Below are positions 58,229 to 64,000 of a DNA stretch of 64,000 nucleotides, piece by piece; position 1 is the first letter of the stretch, and the number at the start of each line of letters is the position of its first letter. The DNA is taken from the NCBI GenBank assembly GCA_049287025.1, contig JBAQFA010000009.1, forward strand, positions 24,802-88,801, in the 5' to 3' direction. Source of the DNA: Candidatus Magasanikiibacteriota bacterium. GTDB taxonomy: Bacteria; Patescibacteriota; Patescibacteriia; Magasanikbacterales; UBA922. The notes beneath the pieces were generated by a model. It searched no databases. It had not been told where the DNA came from and was given only the letters and a program-made list of their open reading frames with translations. The position numbers and the translations under genes were made by a program.

Positions 58229-58744
58229 ATGAAAAAATGTCAGTTTTGTGCTGAAGAAGTGCAAGATGAAGCCATAGTATGTAAACACTGTGGCAAAGAA
58301 TTAAATAAGCAGGCTGTAAAAAAGAAGGAGTATAATTGGACATTTCGCAAAATTAGTTGTGCGGTTATATTAGTCCCAGTAGTCTTGATTTTTGTAATTA
58401 CCATGGCGGGCGGATGCAATAATTCTAAATCAACCCCAACAGATAGTGCATTATCAAACGTGGGCGTTGGACAGGAAGGTTTCTTACGTACGAGTGATAC
58501 TGGTGCGGATGTTTTGTTAGCTACTTCAGAAAAATCATTTGATGATTTAATTAATGCATCGGTTGCAAAAGATACAATTGGTATGGCACAAATTGTCCTT
58601 AATGGTAATGCTTTTTACATCCCTTATAACACAAAAGTATTAGTGATCGAGTCTTCTTTTGCTAAAAGAAAAGTACGTATTTTGGAAGGTGAGAAAGTAG
58701 GCGAAACTGGTTGGATACCCTATGAGTTTGTTGTTGCAAAATAA
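58229..58744 (+). CDS. Zinc-ribbon + TM-anchored hypothetical protein
   Basis: CQFCAEEV...CKHCGKEL N-terminal ribbon, one TM, extracellular domain. Confidence 0.5.
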   Translation: MKKCQFCAEEVQDEAIVCKHCGKELNKQAVKKKEYNWTFRKISCAVILVPVVLIFVITMAGGCNNSKSTPTDSALSNVGVGQEGFLRTSDTGADVLLATSEKSFDDLINASVAKDTIGMAQIVLNGNAFYIPYNTKVLVIESSFAKRKVRILEGEKVGETGWIPYEFVVAK

Positions 58745-58804
58745 TGGAAAACAAACAAAAAACCTGCTATATTAATAGTAGGTTTTTTTATTAAAATAAA
58801 TATT

Positions 58805-60442
58805 ATGACAACCACACAAGATTTGTACAAAATGATCGGAACTGCACAACAGCAGGAAGAAGATAAGGATGACGTTTCAAAATATCGATACGTTATTTAT
58901 GCTCGAAAATCTACAGATGATAAAGAAAAACAAATCAGATCATTAGGTGATCAAATTAAAGAATGTAAGGATTATGCTGAAAGAAATGGACTTAGATGTT
59001 TACCGAAACCAATAACGGAGTCAGAGTCTGCCAAGGAACCAGACATAAGGCCAGAGTTTAAGAAATTAATTGATGACATTAAAAAAGCTAAATATGATGG
59101 TATTTTGGCTTGGCATCCAGACCGTTTGGCCAGAAATATGAAGGATGCTGGAGAGATAATAGATCTGTTGGATAAAAAGATAGTGAAAGACCTAAAATTC
59201 GTAACATTTACGTTTGAGAACAATACAATGGGTAAAATGTTGTTAGGGATGGCTTTCGTGCTGTCTAAGCAGTATTCTGACGCTTTAAGTGATAATGTAA
59301 AACGAGGAACAAGTAGAAGTATTGAAGAAGGTAGATGGTTGAACAAAGCTAAACATGGTTATTATAAAGATCGTAATCAAATACTGCATCCAGATGGTAG
59401 ATTTTTTAATCTGATTGAGAATATTTTTAGGATGAGAATAGATAATAAAAGTTTGGATGATATAGCTGATTATTTGAATGAAAATAGATATTGTTGTGCC
59501 CCACCTTCTAAGAATGAAGCTGACCGTAGCCCATTTCAAATGACCAAACAGATCGTCTCTAAAATTGTGAGAGACCCATTTTACACTGGCATTCTTAAGT
59601 ATGGAGAAAACAAGGTTGATTTAACTGAAATTTATGACTTTACTCCTGCTGTAAGTGTGGATGATTTTCTGAAAATAAACAACTTTTCTGATATTGAAAA
59701 AGCTCTAAAATTAACTGGAAAAATTTATAAAGACAACGCAATCAAGGCAGATTTGATGAGAGGAATGATAATTTGTGGTGAATGTGATGGAAGTATGACA
59801 TCTGGAATTACTCCTAAAAAAACAAAAAATGGTAAAACTAATTATTTTTATTACAGATGTGATAACCCTGTTTGTAAAAATAAAGGTAAGTCTATAAGGG
59901 CAAAAGTAATTATTGACTTTGCCTGTCAATATTTGGAAAAAAACAAATTTACCTCTCATTCTATATATGGGCATTATATCCAAGAAATGAAAAAAGTTGT
60001 AATGGAAAAAGAGAGGTCTCTCATACAAAAAATTCGTTCATTGACGGAGACCAGAGTACACAAAAAAAATCAATTTGAAAAGACAAAAAAATCTCTTATA
60101 CAAGAGACTGACGAAGACATCAAGGGTTTTTTTAAGGAAGATTTGAAACAATTAGAAAAGGACATCAATAATTTAGAAACCGAAATAGATGAATTGAAAG
60201 ATGAGAAAGAAAGAAATAATAGCGTCACGCTGACTTACTCAGAATACCTTGAACTGTTCAATAATTTAGCTGAGCGTATTAAAAAAATAGGCGTTATGGA
60301 AGACCTAAATTTTATAATGAAAAAAATCTTCTTGAACTTTACTATAAAAGAGGGAAAAGTGGCTCTATATACACTAAACTCCCCATTCGGGGAGTTCGTG
60401 AAAGACCGTATTGTCTTGACATGTCGGGGTGAAAGGACTTGA
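58805..60442 (+). CDS. Large serine recombinase (serine integrase)
   Basis: N-terminal resolvase domain YVIYARKSTDDKEKQIRSLGDQ (catalytic Ser), recombinase domain, Cys-rich zinc ribbon (CGECDG...CDNPVC), coiled-coil C-terminus. Confidence 0.8.
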   Translation: MTTTQDLYKMIGTAQQQEEDKDDVSKYRYVIYARKSTDDKEKQIRSLGDQIKECKDYAERNGLRCLPKPITESESAKEPDIRPEFKKLIDDIKKAKYDGILAWHPDRLARNMKDAGEIIDLLDKKIVKDLKFVTFTFENNTMGKMLLGMAFVLSKQYSDALSDNVKRGTSRSIEEGRWLNKAKHGYYKDRNQILHPDGRFFNLIENIFRMRIDNKSLDDIADYLNENRYCCAPPSKNEADRSPFQMTKQIVSKIVRDPFYTGILKYGENKVDLTEIYDFTPAVSVDDFLKINNFSDIEKALKLTGKIYKDNAIKADLMRGMIICGECDGSMTSGITPKKTKNGKTNYFYYRCDNPVCKNKGKSIRAKVIIDFACQYLEKNKFTSHSIYGHYIQEMKKVVMEKERSLIQKIRSLTETRVHKKNQFEKTKKSLIQETDEDIKGFFKEDLKQLEKDINNLETEIDELKDEKERNNSVTLTYSEYLELFNNLAERIKKIGVMEDLNFIMKKIFLNFTIKEGKVALYTLNSPFGEFVKDRIVLTCRGERT

Positions 60443-60497
60443 ACCTTCGGCCTCCTGGTCCCAAACCAGGCGCTCTAGCCAACTGAGCTACACCCCG
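60424..60497 (-). tRNA. tRNA-Pro (anticodon UGG)
   Basis: CGGGGUG acceptor, anticodon loop UUUGGGA, T-arm GAAGGTTCAAGTCCTTT. Confidence 0.8.
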
Positions 60498-60541
60498 TTA
60501 AAGTTATAAAGTTGAAAGTTTTAAAGTTCAAAAAAATAACT

Positions 60542-60617
60542 TGGTGCCGAGGGCCAGGATCGAACTGGCGACACGTGGATTTTCAGTCCACTGCTCTACC
60601 ACTGAGCTACCTCGGCT
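60542..60617 (-). tRNA. tRNA-Phe (anticodon GAA), CCA encoded
   Basis: GCCGAGGTAGCTCAGTGGTAGAGC...CTGAAAA loop...GTTCGATCC...CACCA. Confidence 0.85.
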
Positions 60618-60624
60618 TGTTTTG

Positions 60625-60698
60625 TGGACCTGAGGAGATTCGAACTCCTGACCCCCTGCTTGCAAAGCAGGTGCTCTAGCCAGCTGAGCTACAGGCCC
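60625..60698 (-). tRNA. tRNA-Ala (anticodon UGC)
   Basis: GGGCCUG acceptor with G3:U70, anticodon loop UUUGCAA, T-arm GGAGTTCGAATCTCC. Confidence 0.85.
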
Positions 60699-60825
60699 TT
60701 TTTTAAAAACCCAAAACAAAAGTGGGGATATTATAGCAACTAGTGATATTTTTGTCAATCTTATTCTCATTTATCAGTTTTTATGGTAAAATATAAACAA
60801 TTATTAATAAATTATAAAAATAATT

Positions 60826-61239
60826 ATGGAATATTTATATTTTACTTTACAGATTTTATTAGCCATAGTTTTGGGTGGAGTATTAGGTTGGCAAAGAGAA
60901 AAAATTGGTAAGCCTGCTGGTCCACGTACTTATGCTTTGGTGGCTGCTGGGTCAGCTTTGTTTACTCTTTTATCTCTTTCGGCTTTTGGCACAGTCAATA
61001 CAGTACAGGTGGCCGCACAAATTGTGACAGGTGTGGGTTTTCTTGGGGCGGGAATAATCATTCATCGCGATGGTGGAATTGTAGAGGGTCTCACTACAGC
61101 AGCTGGTTTTTGGGCAGCCGCTGCTATTGGTATGGCAGTGGGGGCTGGTTGGTTGATTCAAGCGGGGATAGCTACTTTATTATTACTAATTATTTTATCT
61201 ATTGATGATCATAAATTTTTAAGAAAGAAAAAGAGATAG
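60826..61239 (+). CDS. mgtC: MgtC/SapB family membrane protein
   Basis: ILLAIVLGGVLGWQREKIGKPAGPRTYALVAAGSALFTLLS...GVGFLGAGII. Confidence 0.8.
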   Translation: MEYLYFTLQILLAIVLGGVLGWQREKIGKPAGPRTYALVAAGSALFTLLSLSAFGTVNTVQVAAQIVTGVGFLGAGIIIHRDGGIVEGLTTAAGFWAAAAIGMAVGAGWLIQAGIATLLLLIILSIDDHKFLRKKKR

Positions 61240-61303
61240 ATTTTAGCTTATTGACAAAAAGTGAACTTATTGTTAAAATAAATTCACTTTTTTATTTAAA
61301 CAA

Positions 61304-61577
61304 GCGGGTATCACCCTCCTTCGTCCATCCTTCGCTAATGCTTCGGAGGACTACGGATGGGCAAGTATAACGGTTATTACCTGCCCGACATGCCTGATGG
61401 CAATCAAGGTAGGTGGGTCCGAGTTTTCTCCCGCCCCGAGGGCGGGATCCCTCTGTGGAGGGACAAACTCATGAAAGAAAATTAATTTTACAATTTAACA
61501 CGCGGGTATCATATATGTTCCATATATAATACTCCTCGTTCGGAAGAGCGAAAATAAATTTTCTCTCTTCACTCACT
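61304..61577 (+). other. GC-rich structured region carrying two extra partial copies of the tRNA-Gly 5' segment (GCGGGTATCA at 61304 and 61502)
   Basis: Copy 1 also has D-loop-like ATAACGGTTATTA and TCCGAGTTTT separated by GC-rich insertions with stable hairpins. Copy 2 shares GCGGGTATCATATA. Confidence 0.5.
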
Positions 61578-61649
61578 GCGGGTATCATATAACGGTTATT
61601 ATCCGAGTTTTCCAAACTCGTGAAAGGAGTTCGACTCTCCTTACCCGCT
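61578..61649 (+). tRNA. tRNA-Gly (anticodon UCC)
   Basis: GCGGGUA acceptor (G1:C72, C2:G71, G3:C70), U73 discriminator, anticodon stem-loop CGAGU-UUUCCAA-ACUCG, T-arm GGAGTTCGACTCTCC. Confidence 0.75.
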
Positions 61650-61706
61650 CATTGTCAAACTTCGCTTAAACAGCGGAGTTTTTATATTTTTATCTATATG
61701 ATATAA

Positions 61707-62006
61707 TTGAATCAAATTAGTTTTATAAATATGAAAAAAATAATTTTACCAGTTTTTATCGTTATAATAATGCTTTCAGCAGTGGTAATATTAAACATTC
61801 ACGTAATTAAATATAATCGACACTTAGTTCCGGAACCACTATATAAATATTTTACAGATAGTAAACTTCGTGTAGAATATAAAAAATATAAAATTTGTGA
61901 TTCATATACCAGTAAAGAAATTTGCACCTCTCAGCCGAGTTGTACATGGGCCAATTTTTGGTTTGATGGAATGGAAAAAGCAGAAGAATATTGTTCGACC
62001 AAATAG
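61707..62006 (+). CDS. Small membrane-anchored Cys-rich hypothetical protein
   Basis: 99 aa; N-terminal TM, 5 Cys in C-terminal part. Confidence 0.4.
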   Translation: MNQISFINMKKIILPVFIVIIMLSAVVILNIHVIKYNRHLVPEPLYKYFTDSKLRVEYKKYKICDSYTSKEICTSQPSCTWANFWFDGMEKAEEYCSTK

Positions 62007-62117
62007 ATTAAGTAACCATCATATAGGTTCTAACATCTTCTACCAAGGAACTTAAAAACAAAACAGGGTATTACTCCTGTTTTGTTGATTTTATAAATAA
62101 CTAAACCAATTATTTTT

Positions 62118-62651
62118 TTAAGCTGAGACAAAGAACACATCTTCATTTTTTTCAATTGTTTTTTCACAAACCAATGTTAGTGAATCAATTACTTTATCTA
62201 GGTCATTTAAGAATGTTTTATCCAGATTATTTAATAATTCTTTTAGTTTTTTTATTTCTTCTACTGTCCAATAACCAACCGTTGTTTCATATTGATCACC
62301 CATTTGGTGAAAGCGTTCGCCATCAGTCACGCGTCGGCCTTCTGTAATGTAACTTAGTAAATCAGTTAATTCTTGATCCACGTTTGGGTTAGAAATCAAT
62401 TTTTCTATTAGATCCCAATAAGCTTGGTTAGTCCAATTATCATCAATATTTTCATGATCTATAAATTCCAATAAATACGCTGGATAATAATCAATTCCGT
62501 CAATATTGCCCTCATCAATAATTTGGTCAATAAATTGACTACCTTCTGGATCATCGCCAATTAGTTTGTCCTTTACATCTTCTCTTTTTGAACCAATTAA
62601 AGATTTTAAATCATCTAATTTGAGAGAATAGAAACTAACGCTTGAGCTCAT
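62118..62651 (-). CDS. Acidic hypothetical protein
   Basis: 177 aa, D/E-rich, no motif recognised. Confidence 0.45.
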   Translation of the reverse strand: MSSSVSFYSLKLDDLKSLIGSKREDVKDKLIGDDPEGSQFIDQIIDEGNIDGIDYYPAYLLEFIDHENIDDNWTNQAYWDLIEKLISNPNVDQELTDLLSYITEGRRVTDGERFHQMGDQYETTVGYWTVEEIKKLKELLNNLDKTFLNDLDKVIDSLTLVCEKTIEKNEDVFFVSA

Positions 62652-62972
62652 ATGAATTAGTATTAAGAATAATATAGAATTATTATAACTTTTTAATGTA
62701 ATGTCGTCAATTTAGCGTAATTTTTTACTGTATAAAAATATCCCCTTTTAGATTGACAGGATATTTTTGTGGTCATATACTATTAATATATACTAAATTG
62801 GTATGAATTTAATCAATAATCTTTGTTTTGAAAAATGCTTATCATTTTTTAGGCCAAAGGTCGATGATAATTAACTAGACCGCTATATATCTAAAAATAA
62901 TAGAATAATTGTAATTTTTAATAAAACATGAGTAATAGAATATGGCGGTCTAAAATTAATAAATATAAACAT

Positions 62973-64000
62973 ATGAAAACAGAATTATTCAGGAAAGCCA
63001 AATTTTCCAGCTCATTGCTAAAAGTAGTTATGTCTCTTGTTTTAGTGGCATCTCCCTTTTCGTTAGTGGGTTCAGCTCTAGCCGCTCCAGTAGATAGCTC
63101 GGTGCCAGCCACATCAATAACAACGCCAACTAATAATAGTACGGTTTCTGGTGTAGTTGCTGTTTCAGCTTCAGCTACAGATGTTTATTCATCTTGTGTT
63201 GTTACGGTTTCTGGGCAATCGTACGATGTGTCATCATTAAAATCTGACCATTCTGGTGGTGATATTTTTGTTTGTGGAACAGATATGACAGCTGTTTACC
63301 AGGCAGTTCATGGTACAAGTGTAAGTCGTATAGCATCATTTTTGATTCCGTCAACCTATAATGGTGTTACACAAGTTGAGTTATATGTTGATAATAGTTT
63401 AGTATCAACTGATGTTTCTACCCCATACTCATTTTCTTTGGACACAACATCACTATCCAATGGCGTTCACGTACTTACCGCCAAGGCTTATGACCAGGCT
63501 GGTAATGTTGGTACTTCAACCAATGTTTCTGTCACAGTTAATAATGCAGTAGTCACACCAGTTTTAACAAGTGTTAGTTTGAATCCAGCAACATCATCGG
63601 TTGTAGTGGGAGGCACTCAACAATATACAGCTGTAGCTAAGGATCAAAATGGCGTAGCTTTATCACCTCAACCTACAATTACCTATACTTCTAGCGATAC
63701 AGCCAAAGCTACTGTTAATGCGAGTGGCTTAGCAACAGGCGTAGCAACTGGTACTGTGACTGTGATGGCTACTAGTGGTTCAGTTTCAAGTACAGCGAGT
63801 TTGACAGTGACATCTGCGCCACCAAATCGAGTTTTGACTACTGTTGTGGTGACACCAACAACTACAGGTTTATCAGTTGGAGATAGTCAACAATTGACAG
63901 TCACTGCACTTGATCAGTTTGGTGAACCAATTACGGTTGCTTTGTTATGGAGTTCAAGTAATCCTTCCGTAGCTACAGTTGATTCTAATGGTAGGGTGAC
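62973..64000 (+). CDS. Secreted protein with bacterial Ig-like (Big_2) domains; 3' end beyond window
   Basis: Signal peptide MKTELFRKAKFSSSLLKVVMSLVLVASPFSLVGSALA. Repeated ...VSLNPATSSVVVGGTQQYTAVAKDQNG... segments. Frame stays open to the window end. An earlier in-frame ATG lies at 62928. Confidence 0.65.
   Translation, partial: MKTELFRKAKFSSSLLKVVMSLVLVASPFSLVGSALAAPVDSSVPATSITTPTNNSTVSGVVAVSASATDVYSSCVVTVSGQSYDVSSLKSDHSGGDIFVCGTDMTAVYQAVHGTSVSRIASFLIPSTYNGVTQVELYVDNSLVSTDVSTPYSFSLDTTSLSNGVHVLTAKAYDQAGNVGTSTNVSVTVNNAVVTPVLTSVSLNPATSSVVVGGTQQYTAVAKDQNGVALSPQPTITYTSSDTAKATVNASGLATGVATGTVTVMATSGSVSSTASLTVTSAPPNRVLTTVVVTPTTTGLSVGDSQQLTVTALDQFGEPITVALLWSSSNPSVATVDSNGRV

Larger units (their letters stand above)
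55400..60497 (+). mobile_element. Putative integrative element: cargo genes + large serine recombinase whose 3' end overlaps tRNA-Pro
   Basis: Serine recombinase 58805-60442 overlaps tRNA-Pro (60424-60497) by 19 nt. Upstream ORFs have distinct A/C-rich composition and unknown functions. The left boundary is not defined. Confidence 0.45.

Noticed and set aside
60528-60770. 80-aa ORF on - strand
   Set aside because: Entirely overlaps the three tRNA genes (Pro, Phe, Ala). It is a translation of tRNA sequence.
61304-61651. tmRNA hypothesis for the GC-rich structured region ending in a tRNA-like T-arm/acceptor
   Set aside because: The acceptor has G3:C70 and a U73 discriminator (glycine identity) instead of the G3:U70/A73 alanine identity required for tmRNA. 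No tag-peptide reading frame ending in ...AA-stop was found. The 3' unit folds as a normal tRNA-Gly.

Overview
Low-GC (about 30-35%) chromosomal segment with very small genes and genome-reduction signatures, consistent with a Patescibacteria/CPR-like bacterium. It spans the replication-origin neighbourhood: rpmH-rnpA-yidD on the + strand with DnaA boxes downstream, and dnaA-dnaN on the - strand. Housekeeping genes present: yggU-like, a DksA/TraR zinc-finger regulator, lspA, comM, a LysM/M23 peptidase, membrane pyrophosphatase, an SsuABC-like ABC transporter, ftsK, a rodZ-like gene, recA, ychF, a fused zwf-gnd, rmuC, rpsT, holA, polA, PBP1A, a Kef-type antiporter and mgtC. RNA genes called from sequence: tRNA-Ala(GGC), tRNA-Ala(CGC), tRNA-Arg(CCU), tRNA-Cys(GCA), tRNA-Pro(UGG), tRNA-Phe(GAA), tRNA-Ala(UGC) and tRNA-Gly(UCC). 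The window also holds a GC-rich candidate structured RNA at about 5160-5400 and a GC-rich tRNA-Gly-derived region at 61304-61577. The most unusual content is a family of five paralogous TrmB-like wHTH regulator genes of native AT-rich composition: three in tandem at 28.4-32.7 kb next to a tRNA cluster, one at 13.8 kb and one at 49.0 kb. Each is paired with one or more strongly GC-rich (about 45-65% GC) small ORFs. These are secreted, Cys-rich/zinc-ribbon, orphan CheY-like receiver or unknown proteins, each with its own promoter and RBS. Conserved repeats bound them: a 26-nt motif GCGTAGGCCGGCGCGTGAGCTCGGCA sits 20-70 nt after the stop of five GC-rich ORFs, conserved leader repeats precede several of the ORFs, and 28-bp direct repeats flank one whole TrmB+cargo module. 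This looks like an undescribed cassette or mobile-module system. A separate element carrying a large serine recombinase overlaps the 3' end of tRNA-Pro and brings a small cargo operon. A HigB/HigA-like TA pair lies at the edge of the cassette island.
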